A stretch of 63,953 nt of DNA, filler included, from Phoronis australis (lineage: Eukaryota; Animalia; Phoronida), in NCBI GenBank assembly GCA_002633005.1. It is 7 parts of 7 records of this genome, joined end to end, with 100 filler letters (N's around TTAATTAATTAA, not from the genome) between each part and the next. Parts side by side here need not be neighbours in the genome. Positions count along the whole stretch, not along the records: positions 1 to 10,623 come from NMRA01000306.1; positions 10,724 to 20,983 come from NMRA01000737.1; 5 more parts are not named here. The stretch is one strand, 5' to 3'. Shown one piece after another: positions 1 to 12,137 of this stretch; the first letter of the stretch is position 1, and each line of letters starts with the position of its first letter. Both the position numbers and the translations under genes were made by a program. The notes under the pieces are model-generated. The model saw only the letters and a list, made by a program, of their open reading frames with translations, was not told the DNA's origin and made no database searches.

Positions 1-294
1 TTCATGTGCGACTATTGATGAAAGATGCAGGAATGCAGAATGCCTCGTTAAGTCTCGCAGGATTCATGTTGTGACCTCAAGCGATTACTTCAGCCAAAGT
101 AGAGTTACTGTTTCCCACTGAAGCAGTGTTGCGCAACTCTGAGCTTTAATCCACCTATTTTGAGAGGAGTTGCGACAGCTAATTAAGTCTCAGAGTTACA
201 CTCTCCTATACAGCGGAACTCTGCAAAAAGAGGAGTTGCGGAGTTGGTGGCAGAGCGAAAAGAAAAGTCATATAATCTGTTTCATTACCAGTAC

Positions 295-3200
295 CTTCGA
301 TGGTTACATTCATGACAGTCAAAATTTGCTGCTCTAGTTTCCTGGCTGATTCTAAGTTGCTGATGAAATTGGCCTGAAAGAAACACATAATGGATATGGT
401 AGCAGGAGGCAACAACAGAAAACATGTGACCCAATTATGGAAAGGAGGGTAACATGCACTGACACATAGTCAATACTCTGAGGTTCAGTCAAACTATAGA
501 TTACACTGTACTTCCTGGCACTTTCATTGTAGTAAAGTACACCGTCACTAAATCAACTTGTCTAAACAACCAAGACTCTAAAAATCTGGCACCATTAAAT
601 TTGCAGATTTCTTTCACATCAGATGGCAACAATATATAAATTCCTACAGTTTGAGACAACTTCAGACAGTAACAAAAATATATCAATTTTTACGGTCGTA
701 ATATTTATTGTTTCCATTCCTCGTATTTCTTAAAGTTTGAATTTCAAGAAACAAAAAACCTGGCAATATCACCATTTCCTGCTGTAAAGATTATTATACA
801 GAGTAATTGCACAAACCCTTTTTGTGGATATGACGGGTTTTTGCACAGTCCCAGATATCATTAGATTCTTTGTCACAGTCAGCGTCTCATCTAGAAAAGC
901 GTGGTACATGTCATCATATCCTTTCTTGAACTTGTTTAAATCCTTGATTTCATCTTTAGCCTCGTGTAGCTCATCCTTAGATTTAACAAATATCAAAACA
1001 TTACAGAGAATTCACTAAACAATGTGTTACATACAGTACAGTTCTCAAATATTTTGTTGAACGGGTGACACCCAGACATCTGACCGCTGGCCATCTGTTG
1101 CCATCCTCCAGATGTCCGGTGTCGTTTCGATGGCGTCCATTCAACAAGACATGGTGAACTGTATCAAAACATCCCAGAAAGCTCACACGAAAAGTTTCAG
1201 ACAATGCCTCAGTTGCAAACATTCATAGGTATAACCATTATGTTGGTATGACTCCTAGCTTAGCATAAAGTACTTGAAGCTAGATAGGGAAGATAGGCAG
1301 AACTCCCGCAAGCAGTAAGGCATAAAAAATGAGATGAGTTAGACTAAATCCTTGTAGTAATAAACTAGATATTCAATGTCAGTTGATTTGAAATTGGCAT
1401 CAAGAAAATCATAGGTTAGAAGAGTTAGACAGAGTTCTACCTAAGTCTTGTTCATAACTACTGCCATGGGTTCAACAAACCTTGAGTTCGTCAATATCAC
1501 AGTTGAGTTGATAGTTGGTATTGGCTGCCCTCTGTTGTTCACTAGACAAAGTCCTCTCTAAGCTGCAATGGAAAGATTTCATGTTCACTTACCCAAACAG
1601 ACAGGAAATAATATTGCAAGAGACGTAGAATATGCTTAAAGAGGTACTCCTTAACAGGTTCATCAGAGGAAAGTGATTCAACATTTGAGTAGCTGTAACA
1701 CAATTACTCACCAGCAACATTGCTTGATATTCCATGCACTCCACTAAGTTAAGATGATACTTTCAGTTAGTGTAAACAGCCGATTACAAATTCTTCTGTT
1801 AGCAAAGCTCAATATTTGATCTTTATGTGAGAATTAGCTGTGAATGTGTTCTGAATCACACAAATGGCCTTCTTTGGATGGATGACCAAGTTGAAGGAAA
1901 TGGCGTCAACTGGATACGCTCCAAGAACAGGATAATTACTAGGTGCTTAAAGTGAGTTTTAGGTGAGATGCTATAATTTTTGTCATAGAATGTTACTCTA
2001 ATGGACTAATTAGTGAATCAATATACAAATGCTGAATGTTCTAGTTGAGAGCACTGGGAATAAACACTAATAAGGAAACAGATTCACTCTAACTTTTTGA
2101 ATGAAGTGTGCTTCAAGTGGTTTGAGAAAACCAAGGAAATTCATAAATGGAAAGAAATAGTAATTTGAACAATGAAGCACTGTAATGAAGTTTCATTTCA
2201 AATTTGCACTATGGAAGGTAGTTTCTAGAAATTAGTGACTGACAAAATGACAAAAAGTGCATGTACATAACACACGTGCTGAGAAAAACTAACTCTTAAT
2301 TCCTGACTCACAAAATGAAGTTGTCTACTTGATAAGATCTGAGAACCTTCTTGCATATTTCAGATGAAGTTGCCTATCCCTTACCTGTTTATTTCTTCAT
2401 TTTTTTCTGCAATATCCAGATTCAAACTCTCTATTTCACCGTTCAGTTCATCAATATTTGTGTTGAGATCAGCTATATCTTGCTGGGCCTTTTCCAAGTC
2501 TTTGTGTTTGTCAAACAGTCTGTAATTAAGTCTCCATTTTAACAATCCCGTCTCCAGTCATGAATAATTTTATTTCGACGAATGAAATTTCTACACACTC
2601 AGGCAATTTTAGTTGATCGTAATATATCATACAGTATTTTTGTATGAATTCATATCAACAATTCTATGAAGTTATAAGAATGATATTGTATAATATGAAT
2701 TCATATGAATGATACTGTATTATATGAATTTATGTGAATGATGCTGTATAATATGAATTCATGTGAACGATATTGTATTATATGATTTCACATTAAATGG
2801 TATAATAATTGCATTATATGAATTCATGAGACTAGTATTGTATTATATGAATTCATATGAATGTTATGGATCAATAATTGACAAGAATTCATATTAATAG
2901 TTGATATATATTTATTAAAAGGTAAATTAGCAATCCTGATTTCTTATCACAGAGCAATGATAAATGATCAAAGATTTTCCATGAACGATGCTATGAATGA
3001 TGATCAGAGTGATGATCATTAATATCATCAGCTTTAATACAAATTCATAACTGACAACAAACTTGAGGGTGTACACATACAATGCCCACACACCAGAGTT
3101 ATAAATTGCACTTTGACAATTAGGGCCAGTACTATTAGTACAGGCCCTAATTGCCTCAACGACCCAAATTGTGGCAATAATGTACTAGGGAATGCTCTAG

Positions 3201-4184
3201 CTATCAAGATTGCATGTTCTCTCAAAAAGGGCAAACTTTCCCAATTACAAGTTGGAAACACCATTTTGTTTAATGAGTCACGCAATACCTTTGAACACTA
3301 AGTGGTTGTGGTGCTGTTTAGCAGCAATGCCAGCAAGCAAACTTAATCTTATCAATATTGCGGTTTGCAAGCCATGGTACGTTTGGGCGAATTGTTTGTG
3401 AAAAATCATTCACCAGGATTCATTACGGCGTTTTCTCGTTGCTCCCAACTTGTTCGATTCTATAGCCCAACAACAAGTTGGGAAGATTACTCCTGTAGCC
3501 AATAACTTACACGACTGATTAACTCCATTCTGGCATTTGCTTTAATCTCCAATAAGATTGTATCTACCCTGACTGGGCTGTGCAGTTAAAAATAAAAGTT
3601 AAGTTATAACATATTTGAACATAAACCAATAGCATTTCTGAAATCTTTGTCAAATGGTGATCATGTTTAGTTTTTGAATTGCCAAAATCCTCCAACTGCA
3701 ACCGAAGTTACGACAATCTAGTCTTTACGAATACAAAAATTCACTCTGAGTTTGACTGTGTTCACGCGTGGTCTGTAATAAGCCTGGTAGATAATAGGCC
3801 TGCTTGTTGTCATAACAGACAAAAGAGTGTTCCTGGCAGTTAACAAGAAGCTAGATGTTATCACACGCTCAGAACCCCCTACGTCTGGTAAAGTCACTAA
3901 CAGGGAAAACGCTGTCATGTTTCCGAACTTGCCCTCAAACCACCTCATTATTCACACAAATTGAGTAGTAAGCCTCAGGTAAGCTCGCTAGCAGTAGCTT
4001 GTATGCAATACCTACTTAGTTTTCACTGTTTCCAGTTGTTCTCTCAAGTTGTCTGCTTCTTGGTGTCTCTCTGTGTATACTTGATTGACCAGAGAGAAGT
4101 AAGGCACTCGCTGAATGAAACCTTTCTTGCTCTTCGTCAACCCACCTGTCGGGGTGGCAGTATGCTCATAGCTAAAAACAGCAT
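295..4184 (-). CDS. Multi-exon gene for an uncharacterised coiled-coil protein (partial)
   Basis: Phase-compatible minus-strand GT-AG exons: ~4019-4184 (...VYTERHQEADNLREQLETVKTK), 2385-2519 (LFDKHKDLEKAQQDIADLNTNIDELNGEIESLNLDIAEKNEEIN), 1481-1562 (LERTLSSEQQRAANTNYQLNCDIDELK), 817-975 (DELHEAKDEIKDLNKFKKGYDD...TKR), ~295-373 (ANFISNLESARKLEQQIL...). Heptad-like L/E/K pattern. Start and stop not located. Confidence 0.7.
2640..2895. repeat. Degenerate AT-rich minisatellite (ATGAATTCATATGAATGATATTGTATTAT-like units)
   Basis: Repeated tatgaattcat / gatattgtattat motifs in an intron. Confidence 0.7.
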
Positions 4185-6419
4185 CTGAAACAAGAATTTC
4201 TTTTTCATGAATACAGCTGGGCAATGAATGTTCAATGTGTTACAATTAAGACTGATGTTTCTAGACACTAACACATGTTGTAACTGTCTACTGATGTTTA
4301 TTGTCAGCTGACCCACAGTGGCACCTGGGTCATCTATACCTCGCACAATGTATCATGGTTGTCAAATAAATTGAAGCACAGTAGTGCTAGACACCAGTGA
4401 GTCAACTCTCACTGACAGCGACAACATAACACTCCCTACATCATGAAAAAACAACTTGTAATTTAAATGGTCACTTTATGTTACAAAGTTAGTCTAAAAT
4501 TTTTTCTTAGTCACAGTGTTCCTGAACTTGGAAAGAACTACATATAAAAATTGTTATTGATTAAGATCATGTCTCCAATTTGATGACTTAAGTCCCAACA
4601 TGTGTACTTTACCAAGCAGGGTCACGAGCAATAACTAATAGTCGGATATTTGCAAGAAAAAACAATTCTCACCTGAGCAGGGATCAAGCTGAGGTCAATT
4701 TTAAAGCATTAAATGGTCCAAACCAAAGATGATTTGATGGAACTCGGATTTAGAGCTGTTTTAAAGTAATGTAGAAAAATGCAAAAAATTGAAAGAGACA
4801 GAACAAATACTAAAACTGTGTGAAAGATCAACTGGATCTGAATTATAGTAACAAGAAATGGCATGGTCTTACAAATCATTCTGATGAAAAGCCCCAATAT
4901 TTCTGAATTTTCCACAAAAAATAACAGTCAGAGAAAGGTATTAGAATTCCCGATTTTAATTAAATAGTGTTCAGGATGGAAGGCATAATTTGCTCATACA
5001 TCGAGAAAAGACTTACCATACATCTCACTTACCATACATCTCATCACGAATCAGTTGAACTATCTTCATGAAGATACCCAAGTTAGGTATTAGTTCATCT
5101 AAAACTTGAAACACTAAGATCATACGATCCTGGGTAAGTCCAGACTGTCCCTGTTCAGCAAGCAAAACTTCATACTTTGTAGCTGAAATAAACCATAGGT
5201 TACATTATTCAATATTCCATGGCATGCGTGTTCTTCTATATTGCCTACCACTAAACCCACTACAAGTTTATCACGCGGATACCATCCTGAAACCTTGTGA
5301 ATGCATTTTAAACTTACGTATAAGGATTTTGTCACTTGGCATATAGCATATAGTGAATTCAACTCGTGCAATTTTATTAAAAAACATAATTTGTATTTCC
5401 CAGTAAGGTATGTCCACAAATCACGACCACTACCATGATAAAGTAATTATAATTTTAACAACTAGTACCCAAGTAAAAAAAAATATTTTCTCATCTTTTT
5501 GCAAGACTTATAGAACTAAAACAACGTTTTGCCATGTTCAAGGTCTGTGCTGTAGCTACCAACAGGATATATTTCGTAAATTTCTGAGCATTCACCCATC
5601 ACAACGATTAAAGACTCTTGAAAAATGAATAAAGACAACTTAAAGAAATTTTGTCCAGTTGGTGAAAGTTAACCGAAAAACAAAAAGGATAAATTTTTGG
5701 TGATGAGTTTGGACAACTATAGTTGTAAAGGAATGAGAATGGAATAATAACTGGTAAGTCAGAAAAATGTTTAACCAGCTACATGAGACTGAATTACAAA
5801 ATACAGAGCTGTATGATTTGCTGTTTCTTTAGCAAAAGCCATTCCTTGCTCACTTTTATCCAAATTTATCCAAAGCTGCAAACTAGCTGTCTAGAAATGT
5901 TTGAATAGGGAACAGAAACAATAAAACCTATTCCATGATTCAAGATTTCTGACCAATCACTTCACAATACAGTGTCCACTTATTTGCTCAAGGTGGCATC
6001 AGTCATAAATCGAGGCTCAATCCAGATATCAATGAAATCCATTGTTTTAACAAGACTCATAGGCCAATTATCTACATGTTCCTAAAATTGGTACCAGGGA
6101 AAAGAAGCCTAATGCATATATTTTGACTAATCTCACTATTTCTTTGAATAAAAATTAATTTTAGCCTAAGGAGTCCCTCTATGCACGAAAGATACTTAAA
6201 GCAACATTTCTTCTTCTTGGTTCAACTGACTACACTCTCTCCAGAGTACTATGTCACTGTATGACAATGAAGATCAACAAACAAGAAAACAAATTTTAAA
6301 AATGTATACATAAGAGGAGGTCACTTCAGAGATATCGGTTAACATAACTAGGTCATTAATTACAGGTTAGGGCAGACAGTAAGCGTGTGCCCTAAATGGA
6401 GGCACTCGACTATGTTACT

Positions 6420-7400
6420 TCAGAAAGGCAGATAGCTTGCTGACAAACATGTTAAGAGAAGAGGCACGTGTATGTAGTCCAGCGAGCTATTCCAATCCAT
6501 GACTGTTCTAAGAAAGAATGTATTGTTCCTGTGATCTGTTGTATTTGTTGGAATGTTATAATTGGATGACCTTCTGGTACAGATGCCAGAGACAACAGGA
6601 TCTGTGAGAGAGACATCAGAGTTGATGATTACTGACCTTTTATCATACTCGTAAAATAATTTCAGTCTAAAGCCTTTGCGTCTGTGGCTAAGGCTAGGAC
6701 AGTTTAAGGTTTCTAACATTGAACCAACAGAAGAAAGGCCATTGAACAGTCTTGTGACCAAGAAGCAGCTCTCCTTTGTTCTTTCTCTACAGTAGTATTT
6801 TCTTTGTGGGTATTGGGATCCCAAGAGAGGCAGGTCGAACCATTGTTTTATACACAAACTCCTTACATCGTTGGCAAGTTTTGCCGAAGAATGCCAAGAA
6901 TTTTACTTGCTTTCATCTGGATGTTGCTTATGTGGGATGTCAATTTGAGATCATGTGAGATGGTAAAGCCCAAACATTTAGCCTCCTTGACTGACTATAG
7001 CATGTGATTGTGGAGCACATAAGAGATCGGCTGGATTTGGCATTTTCTGGTCAGTGTGAGGGAAGTATACACTTGTCTGGGTGGAATGCCACTTGTTCTC
7101 CCACACATCAAGACTATCTAGAACTTTCTAAAGAGCCTCAATGGCAGCGGCTGAGTTGGCAATGTTGTAACATTTGTATCATCTGCATAGCAGGAGCCTT
7201 GGGGTACCCTAGACTCCACAGGTATACTTGAGGACTTCTCGCCTCTGACAACTACAGTTGTTTATAGTACTTGATATACCGTAATGGTTTTATTTGTGGA
7301 TCAGTAAAGAATGGTTTAATATCAAAGGCTTTAATGAAATCCATTATGAGAGCATCAACACCATTCCCATTTTCAACATGCTTCACAAGACTTTAATGGT
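6420..7400 (-). mobile_element. Decayed non-LTR retrotransposon (L2/CR1-like) reverse transcriptase remnant
   Basis: Minus-strand motifs VDALIMDFIKAFD, SGVPQGS, YADD and C-terminal NTFFLRTVMDWNS, with stops and frameshifts. Confidence 0.85.
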
Positions 7401-7485
7401 TTAATAAGTGTGAAGCATTCCCTTTAAAGCTAATCAGCTGGCATTTGGATGGCTGATGGGATGGCCACCTTCTCTCTACTGGGAC

Positions 7486-7651
7486 CACAGGCGTCCTCAG
7501 CTTTTGATCGTCCCCAATACACTACATATAAGGGGACGATCAGAATATAATGTAGTGTATTGGGGACGATCAGAATATAATGTAGTGTATTGGGGACGAT
7601 CAGAATATAATGTAGTGTATTGGGGACGATCAGAAGCTGAGGACGCCTGTG
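7486..7651. mobile_element. 166-bp non-autonomous DNA transposon (MITE), P-superfamily-like, with internal 30-bp tandem repeat
   Basis: ~44-bp TIRs starting CACAGGCGTCCTCAG and ending CTGAGGACGCCTGTG; exact 8-bp direct repeat ACTGGGAC at 7478-7485 and 7652-7659; 30-bp unit GGGGACGATCAGAATATAATGTAGTGTATT about 3.5 times. Confidence 0.85.
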
Positions 7652-10149
7652 ACTGGGACCAGTCTCTGCTGAGGCCAGCTATATCTGTCAGGGCCAGTTG
7701 AGACTGTCTGGTCTAACCCTACCCCTAGCCTAGTACCAAACAAGTTTGAAGCATATTCTACATACAGAAACAACTCAAATATTCACCCAGTGATGTTGCG
7801 TCAACTAAAGTTTTCCTTTGCTCTTTGGATTCCATCTTGTATCAAAAAGGAACGCTTTTCCAGCAGTTTAATTAAAATCTCATAAAACGAGGGCTTGGAA
7901 GCACCTTACAGTTACATGCGCCATATTGTTTATGGTTACTAAAGACTATACTGACATCTATCGCAGATTTTCTAATCCCGTAGATGCCAGCCACGCCGAG
8001 AGGGGGCAGCACAGACGTGTATATTTATATTGTTCCCGTATAGTACTCAACTGTCAACAGCTGGGCGAGCGGAGACGAAAAAAAACTGTCAAATGCAGAT
8101 AAAAGTACCATCACGCCGTGGCGTACAACATGTTCAATGTGCTAATCAGCTGTTCCGTTTGCAACCGGACTTACCGGATTTTGAAACTTTGTTCCACGCC
8201 CCTCCAAAGTATACTCTCATATGCCGTGTCCCCCTTTGAAGCACCGACAATGCCGGAGTCATGCCGCTAAGTCGCTGCAGGCTCTCGTGAAGTATCGTGT
8301 TTTTTCGTTTTGATATTTAACCCATTCATTTTCATAGGTAAGGCTGAACAAAAAGAAAGAAAATGCCCTCGGCATCATACATAAGTTCTTGTATATTTGT
8401 ATGTATGGTTGGCAATTAGTCTGGGGATGTTGAGGCGAACATTTCGACCCCACGCAGCAGAGCCTCCATATCTCCCGCTTTAGAGAGAATCTACCTTACA
8501 GACCTCCCGCCCACCTGTCAAAAACTCTCGCCTTGAATTGTTTATCACAAATTAAAATTTAACTTTTGACTGCACTTACTGTTATTGCTTTCCGTTTAAA
8601 ATGTTTAAAATGCATCTCAAAGCATGTCATTTCAAATAATTTCCTGGGGATATGCTCTAGGCGATACCCCGTAGATTCGCTTCATGCCTACGCCGGCGGC
8701 CGTCGCGTTTGAGCCGAAACACAAGTTACACAGCATACATAGGAATTTAAAGGAGGGTGAACCTACCTCTTTCACATTCAAGTTGGAGCCTCTATACCCT
8801 TGCAGTGTGGCCTAGATATTGATGTCCCGTTTTTAATTTTAGGATGTTGGCAACTGGCTTTGCATAAGTTCGTGCTGATTCTGCAATTTCAGTTCAAGCA
8901 GACCGTATACTAATTTCAGGGCTGTCTGTAAAATAATATGGCCCCNCCGGCAGCCAACGCCATTGTCTTTCAGCATCCAGTGTAACTCAGTGCTTAGACT
9001 CAGTCCAGTCTTCGCTGTCGGGTCCTAGTGTCACTGGAAGGGTGGGCCCGGCCCCCGGTCTCTTGTGCGGGGGCCTTAGCTAGTAGAGGCCCAACATAGG
9101 ACATCGACATGTACGTACGTGGTGTTCCCTCTGGTATTAGGGGCCAGTCTGTCCTACAAGGAATATGGTGACGTTTACATGGAACGCCTGTAAAGTAAAC
9201 GTTTTTTTTTTACAACACCGCCAATGGGCTAGAGGCACTCCTTGCTAGAGGTTTGTAGAAGTTTAATGCAAGTCGGTCGACTTATAGCATTAAAAACAAA
9301 GCGGAATTGAACATTTGGTTGACGTTTTCGGCTTGATAAAATATCTTTAGTCTTCACTTACATAACTGCATTCAACTGCTCAACCAAGAACCTCATTACT
9401 TACTGAGAGTCAATTTACAATTTACATCAAATCTCAAAAAAAAAACGAGAACCTGGTAATTTTTCATATTCAGGAATGTACTACTTAAATGAAAAAATAC
9501 TAGGCCTTGCTCCGTAACAAACTGCCAGGACAGTACAGGACCTACATAACTAAAAAACTTCTTTAGTCCAAAAATAGAACTTAATTGGTGTCCCCAGCCA
9601 AACGCTCCTGTAAAACGCTACTTAACTCTTATGAGATGCGGTCAAAGGAGCTTTAGCACTCAGTTGTTTGGACGTCCAAAACTGTTATAAATTCCGTAGT
9701 TTCCTACCACTATGAGAAATGCGGATTATCAATCGTCAATCTAGTGTACAAATAATACTGATTTTTTAATAATTGAGTTTAACTTAATATACAAGACGGG
9801 TCGACGCCTAAAATGAACTGAGTAAATTCCTGAACAAAAAAAGAAATTCTCCACTGTTTTTGTGGTACAACTTCAAAATTAATCCACCGTCCCAAACTGA
9901 ATGACTTTCCCTTCCGGCCTGTGCAAGTTTGAAAGATAAAAAGTGCCGTGGAACATGATTTCCCGCCGCGCACTTTCTATTCTGCATTATTGCACTATTG
10001 TACACATTGACAACTCTATTAAAATGTCAGAGGGTCATTGAACATTGTCACACAGATTGCTTTAGATTGCTTTAATGTCAACCATATGCATGCAAGTAGA
10101 GAAACAACCCACTGGGCAATTACTTGAAGTAGAAAACCCATAGCAGAGG

Positions 10150-10560
10150 TCAACAAGAAAATTACTTGACCGTTGGTTGTACCAAATAAGCCTTGTGCCA
10201 GGTCTGCTAATCATCTAGGTGTTACTGTAGATGGCAAGCTCAGTTTCCATTGTCATGTTAATAGCATTTCAAACAAATCATCCAAGTATATGTCAGTCCT
10301 GTTTAGACTTCCGGCCATTTGTTAGACATAGACACAAAATTGGAACTATAGTTTGCCTTTGTTAGGTCCATATTTAGCTTTCATCCCTTAGTTTGGCACA
10401 TGTGCGATATCCAGGGGAGTAGAGAAAATCCAATGCCAATGACTGTAGCTCGTCGTGCTCAGCACTCAGTGTTATCTAAAACAAACTCAGTGACGCTGTT
10501 TACTTCAAAATGAAATCATTAGGGATTGAAGTTTTCAATGATGTGAACGGTATTGGTCCT
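10150..10560 (+). mobile_element. Decayed CR1/L2-type LINE RT C-terminal remnant
   Basis: Translates HLGVTVDGKLSFHCHVNSISNKSSKYMSVLFRL, matching the LGVxxDxxLxFxxH motif of these LINEs. Confidence 0.7.
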
Positions 10561-10623
10561 TGCCCATTTCAATGTTTCACTCATTATTCGGGAGCTGCCC
10601 TAATGTCGGGGGGGGGGGGGGCT

Positions 10624-10723
10624 NNNNNNNNNNNNNNNNNNNNNNNNNNNNNNNNNNNNNNNNNNNNTTAATTAATTAANNNNNNNNNNNNNNNNNNNNN
10701 NNNNNNNNNNNNNNNNNNNNNNN
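10624..10723. other. Artificial scaffold-joining linker
   Basis: 44 N + TTAATTAATTAA (stops in all six frames) + 44 N. Confidence 0.97.
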
Positions 10724-11410
10724 AGTACAAGTTATCTCAATTTTAATGTGTCTTCATTACTAAGCTACAAGTTATCTCAATGGTAATGTGTCTTCAATAC
10801 TGAACTACACGTTTTCTCAATGGTAATGTGTCTTCAATACTGAACTACACGTTATCTCAATGGTAATGTGTCATCAATACTAAAATACAAGTTATCTCAA
10901 TGGTAATGTGTCTTCAGTACCGAACTACAAGTTATCTCAATGGTAATGTGTCTTCAATACCGAACTACAAGTTATCTCAATGGTAATGTGTCTTCAATAC
11001 TGAACTACAAGTTATCTCAATGGTAGTGTGTCTTCAATTTACTGAACTACAAGTTATCTCAATTTTAATGTGTCTTCATTACTAAACTACAAGTTATCTC
11101 AATGGTAATGTGTCTTCAATACTGAACTACACGTTTTCTCAATGGTAATGTGTCTTCAATACTGAACTACAAGTTATCTTAGTGGTAATGTGTCTTCAAT
11201 ACTGAACTACAAGTTATCTCAATGGTAATGTGTCTTCAATACTGAAGTACTTAGTTATCTCAATGGTAATATGTCTTCAATACTGAACTACAAGTTATCT
11301 CAATGGTAATGTGTCTTCAATACTGAACTACAAGTTATCTCAATGTTAATGTGTCTTCAATACTGAACTACAAGTTATCTCAATGGTAATGTGTCTTCAA
11401 TACTGAACTA
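10724..11410. repeat. 40-bp tandem repeat, about 17 copies
   Basis: Unit AATACTGAACTACAAGTTATCTCAATGGTAATGTGTCTTC, head to tail with no spacers. Confidence 0.95.
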
Positions 11411-12137
11411 TTCATTTGCATGCAGTAGTTGAAAAGTGAGGACTCAGTTGGGAGGTCTAATTCAGTTATTTCCATGCTGCCAGATCACAGTTAAAGTGGT
11501 TGCAGCAGTCTGTATTCAATCAAAGCTGTCAAACAACAAGAGGTTTATAAGAGAATTCTAGTATGGAGTAGTCAGACAATTTAATCCAATTCCATTTAGT
11601 AAGTTGTAATATTCACACATCTCACATCGTTTTGCTTGTTAATTGTCGCAGATATTTTAAAATAAAATATTTGGCAAATTGTCTTTGTAAACATTATGTT
11701 GGCACGTTTTTATTCTAACATCTGAAAAATTGACATATTTTATTATACAGCATCAGAACTGCGTGTGAAAGAATTTTCTGTAGCTGGATCACAAACCAGA
11801 TTTAGTTAATTAAGACTACCAAATGCCTTCCTACTGTCTACAAACTCTTAGTAACTGTTTTTGATAATTGTAAACTAAGCTGATCTTTTACAGCCAACTG
11901 GGATGAGTTTGAGGACAAAGACAGTGGCATGTTTGGTTACACTTGGAAAGCTGGGCGGACAGTTTGTGGCAACGAGACCGCGNTTTTATTATACAGCATC
12001 AGAACTGCGTGTGAAAGAATTTTCTGTAGCTGGATCACAAACCAGATTTATTTAATTAAGACTACCAAATGCCTTCCTACTGTTTACAAACTCTTAGTAA
12101 CTGTTTTTGTATTGTAAACTAAGCTGATCTTTTACAG

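Noticed and set aside
1712-1743. 32-nt micro-exon of the coiled-coil gene
   Set aside because: Its inclusion shifts the frame into a stop in the next exon; the flanking exons join in phase without it
10724-11410. CRISPR-like array
   Set aside because: Units are contiguous with no unique spacers, there are no cas genes, and the context is a eukaryotic intron
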